From the NCBI RefSeq assembly GCF_006345805.1, contig NC_042997.1, positions 108,934,001 through 108,998,000 on the forward strand: a DNA stretch of 64,000 bases, in the 5' to 3' direction. Under the pieces are notes generated by a model, which searched no databases, had not been told where the DNA came from, and saw nothing but the letters and a program-made list of their open reading frames with translations. This document shows, in pieces, positions 39,056 to 52,189 of this stretch. The DNA is from Octopus sinensis. Its lineage: Eukaryota. The translations under genes were made by a program, and so were the position numbers. The first letter of the stretch is position 1, and the number at the start of each line of letters is the position of its first letter.

Positions 39056-40028
39056 TATCATTTGTATTATTATATGATTGAACGCCACGCATCCATTTCC
39101 AAGCAAGTTTTATCTATCTATCTAGCTAGCTAGCTAGCTAGCTACATATATATATATACACATGCATTTCCATGTGTGTGTATGTCTTAGTGTGTGTCTC
39201 TGTGTTTGACAACCGGTGATAGTGTTTCCGTACCCTCGGCAAAAGAAACGACTGAATAAGCACCCGGCTTAAAACAATACATAAATACTAGGGTTGACGC
39301 GTTCGACTAAAATTCTTGAAGGCGTTACCCCAGGATGGCTGCAGTCCAAATGACATATACACGTTTCCATAAAATTTTCTATACGTTTACCTGTCTTCGT
39401 CTACACCATTTCTCTATCCGTCTATCCGTCTATCAATTCAGTCTCCACATCGCCACACACATTCCATCACATTGTTTTCACCTTTTAATAATTTATAAAA
39501 GTTTCTCTCTCTTCTCCCTCTCTTACCTCTCTTTTTATACCGACACTTTTATGCTTCCCACCTCCCCCGTCTCTCTTCTAAATCCTTCTTTATTCTTCAC
39601 CATCCTCTTTTTTTTCCGTATTAGCTTTGAATCTGTCTCTTCCACACTTCTTAATATTTTTTCTTGCCTCGTTTCTCTCCTCCAAATTTCCTTCTTTCTA
39701 CATAATAATTCTCCTCTTCTTAGCATTGACATTTCCCTTCTGAACACTATTTTCGAATCCCCAAATGTTTGCCGTTCCCAGAAATAACTGCCCCCACCAC
39801 ATCCTTAGATAAGAAATTTGTATCATTCTAAGTCACATTTTTCACGAAACAAAAAAAAAAAGAAAAAAGAAAAAAGTCATCCGTTAATAGTGATTTGTGT
39901 ATATAAGTGGGCGTTTGTGCACACATACGTGTATGTGTGTATGTATATGTGTGTGTAAATATGAAGGTATGCGTATGTTTCTATGTGTTTTTAAGTGCAC
40001 GAGTATGTGTATTATCTGTATATATATA

Positions 40029-40105
<77 letters not shown>

Positions 40106-40299
40106 AAACACAAACACACATACACGCGCATAATGAATGAGGGAAGCGGGAAAAAAGAGTTGGCGAAAATCTTTATTCAACACAACGATCGTTTCGACCC
40201 ATCCTGCATCTGGCCCTTACGGCTGGGATATAAGACAACTAGTTGTGTAACAAGAGATTGATTTGAAACTTAAGGAATTCATGTCAATAATGCGAACCA

Positions 40300-41140
40300 T
40301 ATGCATGAAATTTGACCCTAAGAAGAGAGCAGTAAAATTAAAAAAACTTCATTCCTTGAGACAGGAGAGTCCTTATGAGAAAGAGTATAAAGATCTCCGA
40401 CCGCTTAAATAAAAAATAAACTTATTGACAGTGAAAAACCTCGCCTAGATCTAAAATAAACTCAGACTCTGCCATGAAAATGAAAGGATAGAAAGAGAAA
40501 CCAGGACTGTGGAAAATATAAAGATAAATCTAAAAGCTTTTTACAAGTTCGCGAAAGAGTCTGCTTCAGTGGACTACGAGATAGGGCCACAGTTTGAAGA
40601 AAAGGGCTCGCTGGCGGCAGACCCCTAGGGGATAGGTGAAGTTCTAAATAAGCATTCCCTGAGTGTCTTCACTTTTCCAGTGAGAAGCTGGCAAGTGAAC
40701 GAACCTACAGAGTTCTTCAACACTGCACACCTACATGGGAAAAAGGCAACTATCGATTAAATCGACATAAAGGAGGAAGATGTGATATCAGCCATTGATG
40801 CGATGCACTCAATCTCAGTAACGGGCCCGGATGGATTTCCATTTGTTCTCCTAAAAACATGATCGAAAACTCTCGCAAAACCACTGCAGATACTTTTAGT
40901 GTTTCTTGCCAAACTGTTAAAAGAGGTGTCATATGTCCTGACCATAAAGGAGGAAGCATATCAGATGCTAAAAATTATAGGCCTCTCTATCTGACTTCAC
41001 ATATTAGCAAGGTCATGGAACACATTGTCAGAAGGAGACTGATCCCGTTCATGGAAGAGAATATCTTTCTTACAAACATACAACATGTTTTCCGCCGACG
41101 GAGGAGACACAGCTACTACAACATTACAATTGGCTTCATG
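40300..41140 (+). pseudogene. LINE ORF2 (RT N-terminal region) relic, CR1/L2-like
   Basis: NIKINLKAFYKF, GPDGFPFVLLK and HKGGSISDAKNYRPLYLTSHISKVMEHIV...QHVFR. Confidence 0.8.
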
Positions 41141-41298
41141 CAACTCGCTTCTTCACCAAAAACAGTATTGAAAAGAGACCCCAAAACAATGAAAGGCGGT
41201 GCTCCAGCATATGGCCCTAGCCTCTGAAACCAATAAATGAATAAAAGAATATATATATATATGTGTGTGTGTGTATATATGTGTATATATATATATTA

Positions 41299-41350
<52 letters not shown>

Positions 41351-41353
41351 TAT

Positions 41354-41712
41354 AAACAATTGCAGCGTGGAAGGTGTTTATAAGCCATTTAAGAAACACA
41401 CAAAAGCCGTTCGATTCACTTCAACATTTAAGTTTAATTTGTCAAAATATTTTCGTCGCTAAAATCCGCGACCTGTTCACTGAAAATCCGCGACCTGTTC
41501 ATCTCAGAGATGCAGCACGGACTTTGTCAGTGAACAGGTCGCGGATTTTAGCGACGAAAATATTTTGACAAATTAAACTTAAATGTTGAAGTGAATCGAA
41601 CGGCTTTTGTGTGTTTCTTAAATGGCTTATAAACACCTTCCACGCTGCAATTGTTTTCGTTTCAGCACACGATCTCAGATCAATTACTTGCTATGCGAGT
41701 ACATCTCCGTAA
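41354..41712. mobile_element. foldback pLTR-like element with 130-bp inverted arms
   Basis: 41354-41483 is the reverse complement of 41527-41656. The spacer contains a ~19-nt tandem duplication. Both sides are flanked by (TA)n. Confidence 0.85.
41523..41572 (+). ncRNA. minimal hammerhead ribozyme candidate with G3-C8 variant core
   Basis: Stem I TTTGTCA/TGACAAA, core GTGAACA plus G, stem II GTCGC/GCGAC, GAAA, palindromic stem III AATATT, UUU triplet. Confidence 0.6.
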
Positions 41713-41729
41713 ATATATATATATATATA

Positions 41730-41801
<72 letters not shown>

Positions 41802-43728
41802 CATTTATACACACAATTATATATATATAGGTATGTAGGTATGTAGAGATAACGTTAACCTCTGTGTGTGTATATAAATGTGTACATCCTATATGTATAT
41901 ACACACACACACGTGTGCGCGCGCATACCCTCCCCCTCACTCACACAATATAAACAAGCAGACACATATACATGCAGAGTTAATCGTCATATGAGCATAT
42001 ATTTTTCGGAATTGTGCAATTGTAGCCAGTGACTTGATTTGAGGCCATTTGCTTAAACTAAAACAATGGCATTGAGCGAGGGCCACAGCGACCATTTAAA
42101 TACACGCAGCTGTTAAACTCATTTGAAATTTAATTCATTAACTGAAATGTCAATATTTTCTTCATACAATTGAGACTCGTTCAGTGACACAATTTTACTG
42201 TGGAAGGGTGTCAGTGACCAGCTTAGAGTTGTGTGAGGGAAATATTGACATGTCTTGGAATAAATTTAAATTTAAATAAAATTTAACAGTTTGACTTTTC
42301 AAAAAAGTTCTTCTACGATATATATGCATGCATGTACGCATGTATGTGAGTACGTATGTAATTATGAGTGCCCGATGCAATTCTGTTGCACAAAGCATAC
42401 TGCCAAATGTGTCAATATTTAACTGATTGAGTTTCATTGTTTGAAGGGACTTCTTAATACAAATTGGATTTTCCAGTTTGGTGACATCCTTAATAATAAT
42501 AACCATATCTACAATTGCTTACTATGCGGAAGACAGACGAGCACGCAGTCTCTGATAATCTTTCACATTTAGGAACGAATCTAACCCAACCGTTTCCTAT
42601 TTCTTTTTACCTGCAATACAATCGTATGGACATTTATTTCTATTTGTCTATAGTTTCTTCTCACGGAATGTCTGCTAAATTTTGCTTTTGCATTAGATTT
42701 ACTCCATAGCACACCCATTCCAGATACGTACAGAGGAAATCTATTGGGACTCACGTACAAATACACACGCAGACTCAATCGCGCACTCGTATATGCATTT
42801 ATATTATACGCACAGACACATATACACACTTCTGTAGATACAAATGTATATATGATTCTTCAACTCTAACTGCCAACTGATACTGAAATATACAAAGTTC
42901 TACGCTGGAAGATATTTATATACAGAAGCGTCTTAATCTGAGCATTCACTATATACCTGCGTTTTCCCTTAACAGATTTTAATTACGTTCTGCTTGCGTA
43001 TCCGTTGTCAGTTACGGGTGTGTTTGTACTTTCACATATATATACTTAAGGGTGTATACATATGTAGATTTATGTATGTGTGAAAGTAACTCTGCGTAGG
43101 TATACACATACACGTACACATATATGCGTACATTTATACCGTATGTCAATAAGATTTTTCCATATACGTATATTAACAAACCTATATTCATACACACATT
43201 CTTACACAGGCGCTCGTACACATATACTCATATACGCACGCACACACACACGTTTTTAACATTTGTGAAATGGGGGACCATCCGCTTTTTTGTATATCGT
43301 GTGCTACATTTTTAAACGCGGCTTTCTATATTAAAGGCAGTAAGATATTATTCGAAGGAGGCTTTCTTGCAGGTAACCCTGAGTTTTAGTTTAACCCCTA
43401 TTTTACTCTGGTCGAACAACCTATGAAAAAAGACAGTCAGCTGTGACCATCCATTTTGAATATCACGGACTACATCACTCTGAGTTCTTCCACATTTAAG
43501 ACTAAAATGTGATCTGAGAGAGAATTGGTTGCGCCTCTTGCAGATCGAGTGACTGCTCAGAGGTTTTTCGTTGTTTCGGGCCCCTTTTAGTTGCTTTACC
43601 CCACAGGTTATTCCTGGTGGAACAGATCATTGTCTTCAAAGACATACCTGTCCCACGGCTATTATATTCTTTCCCGGGCAATTGAAAAGTCACTGGACCA
43701 CTGATAATCACCCTTCAACTAACGGGTC

Positions 43729-43760
<32 letters not shown>

Positions 43761-43771
43761 GTGTGTATGTG

Positions 43772-43836
<65 letters not shown>

Positions 43837-45249
43837 GCCTGTCTGTCTGTCTATTTTAATTCCAGACGAAATAGTTTATTTATCCCATTCAAATTAAGAA
43901 TGTAGTGATTACGTAGTGATTATAATGTTGGGGTGGGCTGCATTTGAGGTGTGGAAACAGCTGGAGAACATAATAATGAAATTAGTACTATCCAAAATTA
44001 GTACTATTTTGAATGAATTAGTACTATCCAAAAAGTCTTCGTAGCATACTCATAATGCATATAGATCACACATCCTGTTACCATATAGGAGTGCGAAACC
44101 TTCAAAGTTCCTTTGATTCTTAGATGCATCCGTAATGAATGCGCTGACGTAATCAGCAAGCAATTATATTCATCACGTACAGAGTTTCGAAGATAAAAAT
44201 TTAGAATATATAGGATCTTCTTGAGTTGAGCTCAAGAATTTAGATACTATGATGATTTCGAAACGCAGCAACGCCATTCTAAAGGTTTTGCCTGTTAACC
44301 AAAACATATGCCTATAATTGCAGACATAAACTGCAAAAGTATATTCTGGAGTCCGGTTAAACTTCTAGACGATAAGGAATAAATTCATGTTCTAGCGATC
44401 CACCCGGAGAGTCATTGGCGTATTGTGTTCCCAATACTTTTGTTGTAAGTTAGGATAAGATTGCAGTTAATATACTCAGACCTACGTAGTCAAAGAAACC
44501 GTTCACAAATGGAAAAAAAGTTAAATGATTACGATAGAAAGGAATCAGGGGTTTGAGAGAGGAAGTATGAGAAAAAGGGAAGGAATAGAAAAAGAAGTAA
44601 GAGAAGATGGTGGAGTATGTGAATAGAAGGTGAAAGTATGGTGTGGTGAACATAGGGGAGTTTTGGGGCCATTGGGAGTGATATACTTCTGTTGCTAGGA
44701 ATCAAATTCGTGATCCCCGGATGCTATGTCTGCAGGGCTCAAAGATTCAGCCGGTATCGGGTGGTTAATACATTCAAGGCATGAATATACTTAAGAGTTT
44801 TCTACGAGAATTTTCTTGTATGGAAACAAGAAAAGAAGTTTCCTCTTTCTCTTTAGAATATTGTTAGTTTGTTTCGGTATTTTAATTTTTCAATGACATA
44901 AAAGTTAACTTTACTGTAGTGTCCAGTTTATTTAGATGTCTGACGTTATATGCTACTTTTCAAAGTTCTTCATTTTCTCGATCTTTAGTTGCTTGATGTA
45001 TTTTGACAGTGGAGTGTAATTTCGCTTACACTTCTGAACGAATGTACTTGTTCTTTATATCGCACCTTGAAAGAGTTACCGGTAAGGCCGCTGTATCTTC
45101 TCATCTTGCTATTCCAGTATGAAACATCTGCTCTACACTAGCTAGCTTTGGAAGTTTATTTTTTTTTTAGAACAACTGGCATTCTAAATCCGATATCTCA
45201 CTGAGATGCTGGCGCATTGTTTCATGCTTTATATATGTGTATACCTATG

Positions 45250-48200
45250 TCAGGTCTCCGCTTGGAGCTACTGGTAACATGTAACCCAGTACAACCTGTT
45301 ACATGGTCGGGTCGTTGGCGACTAAACTGGCAACCCCACCAAGATTTCTTGGTGAGGAGGGTGATTTGGACACCCTGCAGGACTAAAAACAAAACCTGTC
45401 AAAGGGCAGAGGAACTCTCTCATGAGTCAATGGCCATCCAAAATCCGGAGTGGAGCCCCTAAGGCGGTTGGATTGCGCCATGCGTGCCACCTTCCGGCAG
45501 CTCCTGCATCTTGGTCTACCCCCAGTCGTCTTGACTTTGTCTTGCCACTGGATCCGGCGCACCAGGACGAGAGAGTGAGGCTGATCCTGCGCAAGTCACC
45601 CTCACTATAATCCAAGTCACACGCATGTCACGACATCATGACGCCATGACACCATCCCAAAGTCCTGTGGCGATGGGGAAACGGCGAAGTAGCAGGTGAG
45701 GATACACTGGGAGCTGCAGTCGTGAACCCACACACAGGCGGCTCAGGACATGTGGTCGCCCCTCACTGAACTGAGGCAGCAGTGGAGTCCGGCAGCCTCC
45801 TGAGTGACCGAGCAGCCCTCTTCAGGATCGCTCTGCTCGCCTCCCCAGCATGAGGACGGGGCTAGAAAAGGTTGCCCTAAACATAGCCTGCCTCACCTCA
45901 CCCTGGTCAGCAAACCGCGGCTGGCGGGGATCCTTTCCAAGCGGTCGAAACAAAGAAAGAAGAAAACAAACTAAGGTGCTCACTTTCGCAACTTGGAACG
46001 TGAGAACTCTGCTTGACAACACCAAAGCGGACAGACCAGAGAGACGAACTGCCCTGGTGGCCAGAGAACTGAGCCGATACAGTGTCGATATTGCAGCACT
46101 GAGCGAGACCCGCCTTGCGGACAAAGGCCAGCTGACAGAGACAGGCGGCGGCTACACTTTCTTTTGGAGTGGTCGCAGCGGCGAAGAGCGTCGTGAGGCT
46201 GGTGTTGGTTTTGCCATTAAGTCAGTACACGTGCGGAAACTGGAAAGCCCCCCCGAGGGTATCAACGATCGGCTGATGAAGATGCAGCTCCCACTTGGAA
46301 ACAAGACTAGTGCGACCATCATCAGTGCTTACGCCCCCACCATGACCAACCCTGAAGAAGTTAAGGACAGGTTCTATGAGGAACTCGACTCCCTCATCAC
46401 GTCAGCCCAGCCTGGGAAGCTCATCCTCCTTGGGGATTTTAACGCCCGTGTCGGGACTGACCACCAAGCCTGGCATCGCGTACTGGGAAAGCAAGGAATC
46501 GGAAAGTGCAACAGCAACGGACAGCTCCTCCTGCGTGCGTGTGCCTCTCATGATCTTACCATCGCCAACACCTTGTTCCGTCTGCCAACACGCAACAAGA
46601 CATCATGGATGCATCCACGCTCCAAACACTGGCATCTGATAGATTACGTCATCGTCAGGGCGAAAGACAGGCGGGACGTGAGACTGGTCAAAGCCATGTG
46701 CGGAGCTGACTGCTGGACGGACCATCGCCTCATCATCTCCAGGATGGATTTCTACATCCGACCTAAGAGAAGACCACAGGGTCAGAAAGTGACGAGGAAG
46801 CTTAACATCACGAAATTAAAGAACCAGCTGACTGCACAAGATCTCCAGTCACGTATGGACAGTAAGCTGTTGGACATTCGGAGTGACCAGTCCAGCATCG
46901 ATGAGCAGTGGGAATCATTCAGGGACACGGTTCATTCCATCGCCCTTGAAACTCTGGGCCAAATACGAGGAACCACCAGGACTGGTTCGACGAAAACGAC
47001 CAGGAAATCCAAAAGCTCCTGGAAGAGAAACGCCGTCTGCTGCGGGCTCACCAAAATGACACCACCTGCACGGCAAAGAAGGCCGCTTTCAACAACATTC
47101 GCAGCACAGTCCAGGCTAAACTCCGCCTCATGCAAGACGCATGGTTAAGCGCCAAGGCGGATGAGATTCAGGGATACGCAGACAAACACGACACCAAGAA
47201 ATTCTACGAGGCGCTGAAAGCTGTCTATGGACCGCAGTTCTCCTTTGGATCAACCCCCCTGCTCAGCTCAGATGGAACCTCACTCCTGACTAACAAGAGG
47301 CTGATCCTGGAGAGATGGGCGGAGCACTTCAACATCGTGCTCAACCGACCAGCCCAGATCAACGAGGAAGCCATCGCACGACTCCCCCAGGTGCCGACAA
47401 ACCACGAGTTGGCTGTTCCCCCTGCAGTCGAGGAAGTGAGCAGAGCCATCAAAAAAATGTCCACCGGCAAAGCTCCAGGCTCTGACGCCATCCCTGCAGA
47501 GGTGTTCAAGTCGGGCGGCCCCACCATGATCAGTCAGCTCACCAGCCTGTTCCAGTCGATGTGGGACAGGGAACAACTCCCTCAAGATTTCCGGGACGCA
47601 ACAATCGTCCACATTTATAAGCGGAAAGGAGATCGGCAGTCCTGCGACAACCACCGAGGTACTTCCCTCTTGTCCATAGCAGGCAAGATCCTGGCCCGGG
47701 TCCTGCTTGACCGCCTTCTGGAACACTTGGAGCAAGGCCTTCTCCCTGAGAGCCAGTGTGGCTTCCGTGCGGGTCGAGGGACCACTGACATGATATTCGC
47801 CGCCCGCCAGCTCCAGGAGAAATTCATGGAGCAGCACCTTGACCTCTGCATGACCTTTGTTGACCTCACCAGGGCCTTTGATACAGTCAGTCGGGAGGGA
47901 CTATGGAAGGTCATGGGAAAATTTGGTTGCCCCAGCAAATTTATTGCAATTGTCCGCCAGTTCCACGACGGAATGACAGCCAGAATCCTTGAAGACGGCG
48001 ACTCATCTGAAGCCTTCCAGGTGACCAACGGAGTCAGGCAGGGCTGTGTCCTGGCCCCAACACTGTTCAGCATCATGTTCTCGGCAATGATGTCCGACGC
48101 CTTTAGGGACTGCAAGTCCGGTATCAACATCAAGTACAGGACAGACGGGAAACTTTTCAACTCCAGGAGATTGCAGGCTGTCACAAAGGTGAGGGAGATA

Positions 48201-49212
48201 GTCGTCAGAGACTTTCTCTTTGCTGACGACTGCGCCCTTAATGCAATCGATGAGCAGGAGATGCATCTCGAGATGGACAGGTTCTCATCAGCCTGTGACA
48301 ACTTCGGTCTCACCATCAGTGCAAAGAAAACCGAAGTGATGTTTCAGCCAGCCCCCGGCAAACAATACCATGAGCCTCAGATAAGGGTGAACGGACGGAT
48401 CCTACGAGTGGTGGAAAACTTCACCTACCTGGGCAGCACTCTCTCCTGCAATGCCAACATAGATGCTGAAACCATCAACAGAATCTCCAAGGCAAGCAGC
48501 GCGTTTGGGAGACTGCGAAAGAAAGTCTGGGAGCGGAGAGGAATCAGCCTCAACACCAAGCTGAAAGTCTACCGGGCAGTCGTGCTTACCACCCTACTAT
48601 ATGGCTGCGAGACGTGGACTGCTTACCGAAGGCACGAGCGCCAGATAAACCACTTCCATCTCAGGTGTCTTCGGAATCTCCTTCACATCCGCTGGCAGGA
48701 CAAAGTCCCAGACACGGAAGTTCTGAAGCAGGCAGATCTCCCTAGCACCATCACAATCATGCGCAAGGCCCAGCTGAGATGGGCGGGCCACGTCTCCCGC
48801 ATGTACGACACTCGCATCCCAAAACAGCTCTTCTACGGTGAACTCGGCCAGGGCAGGCGCAAAGTCGGAGGGCAGAAAAAGCGCTACAAGGATAGTCTCA
48901 AGGTCTCTCTCAAAGACTTCTCTATCGGAACAGAGACCTGGGAGACACTTGCTGCCAACCGCTCATCCTGGCGCAGCGCAATCACCGTGGGAGCAGGGAC
49001 AGCCGAGGAGGGACGGATTCGGTCAGCGGAGCAGAAACGTCAGATGCGTAAAGTCAGAGCCGCCTGCACCAGTAGCACTGCCCCTACCCACTTCTGCCCC
49101 ACCTGTGGGAGGGGCTTCCTTGCCCGGATTGGCCTCACCAGCCACCTCCGGTCTCATGGCGGCAGTTCCATCAGATGATGTCAGTTGGTCATCTTCGAAC
49201 CGAAGGACGAAC
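45250..49212 (+). mobile_element. near full-length RTE (BovB-like) LINE
   Basis: A GC-rich block sharply distinct from the AT-rich flanks, with an ~600-bp 5' UTR, APE+RT coding region and a short 3' UTR GGTCATCTTCGAACCGAAGGACGAAC. The 5' boundary is approximate. Confidence 0.93.
45850..49178 (+). CDS. RTE LINE APE endonuclease-reverse transcriptase polyprotein, split by one frameshift near 46965
   Basis: APE motifs TWNVRTL, ALSETR, SAYAPT, LGDFNARVG, IDYVIV and TDH. RT motifs KAPGSDAIP, QCGFRAGR, FVDLTRAFD, GVRQGCVLAP, FADD and YLGS. C-terminal CPTCGRGFLARIGLTSHLRSH zinc finger. Adding one base at ~46964 restores RNHQDWFDEND in frame with 47130-49178. Confidence 0.92.
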
Positions 49213-50122
49213 ATTATATATATGGCCCTTATGTTACTTAGAAATAACTAGCTTTCACGGAATTCCTATAAAACCATTTTTCTATATATGAGATATGCAG
49301 AAATGACAGTACTAATTATTTTGAACACTCAAATCAGTGAAAGTACTTTAACACATTGTAAAGCAAATCCATTCCGCTGGGTTCATGAATTTAATAGGAA
49401 AACGTAAAACATATTTTACGCAGCTTTGAAAAAAAATTTGATTTTTTCTTTGCTCATATATTTTTTGTTTCATGCATCTACCTAGCAAGATGATACCTTT
49501 TCTATACAATGCGTAAGCATAGAGCAGTATATGAACACAGGAGCCTGTTTGTGGCAATTGCAGCGTGTAAAGTTCTATCTAGATAGGCAATGTACTTGCA
49601 TTTTGTAATAAATCTAAGCAATTTTCTGCCTGATTGAAACTGCATGCATTGGTCCTAGTTTACAAACCGACAGTAAATTATAGAAAATAAATCACAGTGA
49701 GGCTAATACGATAACAACGCGCCGCCCAATAAATTCTTTGAATGGATTCTGTAATCAATATCATATCAATAGGGTGTCAAATTATATTTCAATATCTGTT
49801 CACAGGTTAACTCCATTGCAGATATGATCACTTCAAAAGGACTTCCATTGATAATATGTAACGAAGCTTCTAGTCTCAATACTTCTGATAAGGGAAGACT
49901 GAAAGGCGAGCTGTGCTGATTTCCACCATATTAACTCGTTCGGATTTGGAAATTTATTTCTCTTTAATAACCTAAAGACAGAGGCAACTTTAAAAACAAA
50001 CACATAACATTAACTGTAATTTCCTGCATCGGGTTCAACCGAACAAATTAAATGAATATTCTACTTTCTTTAGTTATTTACTACAACTAAAACACAGACA
50101 GACACACACACACACATGTATG

Positions 50123-50170
<48 letters not shown>

Positions 50171-50395
50171 CAACAAATACATATATATGTACATATATGT
50201 ATATTTATATATAAGTGTGTGTGTTTGTGCGAGTGGATATATGTAAATACTCACGCCAACAGCTATATTTATAAATATCTACAACCAAACATGTAGATGT
50301 CAAGGCGTTTAATTAACGAATATACATAAATAGATATATGTATAAACATTGAGTTTGATTGCACTCATACGCTCGCCCACACACACACACACACA

Positions 50396-50433
<38 letters not shown>

Positions 50434-51075
50434 CTGTCCGTAGCTGTATATCAGCAAACTCTAAGTCAATAACAAACACACACACAATTACACCCAAAGG
50501 CATGCGTGCGTATATATCAATGGCAGACGTATGCATATGCATGCATGTATATATGTGCGTGTGTATGTATGCATCTATATATGTAGATGTATGTATATAA
50601 AAGCAAATATCCATCCATCCACAGATGTATGTGTATATACATCTATATGTGAGTGTGTGTGTATGTATAAATAAATGTATACGCAAACGTATATTCATAC
50701 TTATTCCACACACACACATGAAAACATTAAAAAAAAAATACCTGTTATCTGTATCGAGTGTAAATAGGAATGTATTGTTGAGCGGTGATGTTAGGCCGCA
50801 GTAAATGGTAATAGTCAATTATCTTTGTATAACTGATTGTCTTCTTGTCCGCTGTAAAATAAACATTGGAGGCTTCAACATCTTTACATTAATGTAAACT
50901 GCTTTCTAAATATAGGAGAAGATTTGTTTGGAAGCTTTGGTAGAGACTGAAGACGGCTGGGGGTGGACGATACGGTGAGGTGTGTTCGGATGAGTCAAGA
51001 AATATGAGTGAAGTAAAAGCCGCACCCCCTCTCTTTCTCTCTCACCTTCTGTATGTAGGTATACATACATATGTA

Positions 51076-51157
<82 letters not shown>

Positions 51158-51312
51158 TTATATATATATATGTGTGAATATATATATATGTACATATATA
51201 TGTATATATATGTATATATGTATACATATATATATAAATATATATATATATATATGTACATATATATGTATATATATATATGTATATATGTATATATATA
51301 TGTATATATATG

Positions 51313-51392
<80 letters not shown>

Positions 51393-51539
51393 GTGTATGT
51401 ATATATATATGCATAGATTTGTAAGTACATGTATATACGTATGGTATGGTTGGCTTCTCTGCTGCAGTGTTTCAGGAATAAACACGAAATGATGCCACAT
51501 TTTATTATCCGAGACATGACTGTAATTGTAGCCAAGTGT

Positions 51540-51960
51540 GAGGCTTGGAAAAAGAGTTAGCTTTCGTTGTTTTGACTTTATAAACAGAGAAAGCAGTATA
51601 ACCGCCATGACCTTGTTGTACATCCTCGTTTATTGACGAGGTGGAAGTGAGGAAAGAGCTGATACGATTTCTGATTTATTGCAACAGGATGTTACACATC
51701 AAGGTATGTCGCTCTCATACCAGAAACTGGAGATATGCTTGGAGTCCTGCAACAGAACCGACTCCACTAAAAGGCTTCTTGGGATAAAGTTGTGTTGTTC
51801 AATTGAGCGTCTGATTTGCAAATTGGAAGAAATAAATGCGTGTAGCAGCATATTAGTGATGCATGTCCGATTTATTACTTTAAAACACATTAAGCAGAGT
51901 CCATTAAAATAAAGCAGTGTATTATTATATTTAACTTGATCGTGTACCTTCAAATGTGGA
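51540..51960 (-). pseudogene. possible heavily decayed LINE RT fragment
   Basis: Minus-strand IRRSIEQHNFIPRS resembles the EQxGFxxxRS RT motif. Otherwise poorly conserved. Confidence 0.35.
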
Positions 51961-52070
51961 AAGATCTCATGGAAAAAAAATTCTCCTTATTGACAATACG
52001 TATGCGGGCCATGAATGATGATATTAAATAGTAGGACACGTGGTATCAGTCTCTTACCTCCAATCTTCAG

Positions 52071-52172
52071 TGTTTTCGTCGTGTAACGTGGGTAGTTTCG
52101 CTTTCCTGGAGGCCTTCTGACAAATTCTCGCTTATTAGAAAGCGAAACGACACATGTTACACGACGAAAACA
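52071..52172. repeat. inverted repeat, 35-bp arms, 32-bp spacer
   Basis: TGTTTTCGTCGTGTAACGTGGGTAGTTTCGCTTTC / GAAAGCGAAACGACACATGTTACACGACGAAAACA with 3 mismatches. Confidence 0.8.
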
Positions 52173-52189
52173 GTGAATTTGTTGGATAA

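Noticed and set aside
40180-40226. Minus-strand GAAACGATCGTT palindromic stem III
   Set aside because: No recognisable 5' core or stem I.
45229-49222. Target-site duplication TTATATAT around the RTE LINE
   Set aside because: Low-complexity match in TA-rich flanks; cannot be distinguished from chance.
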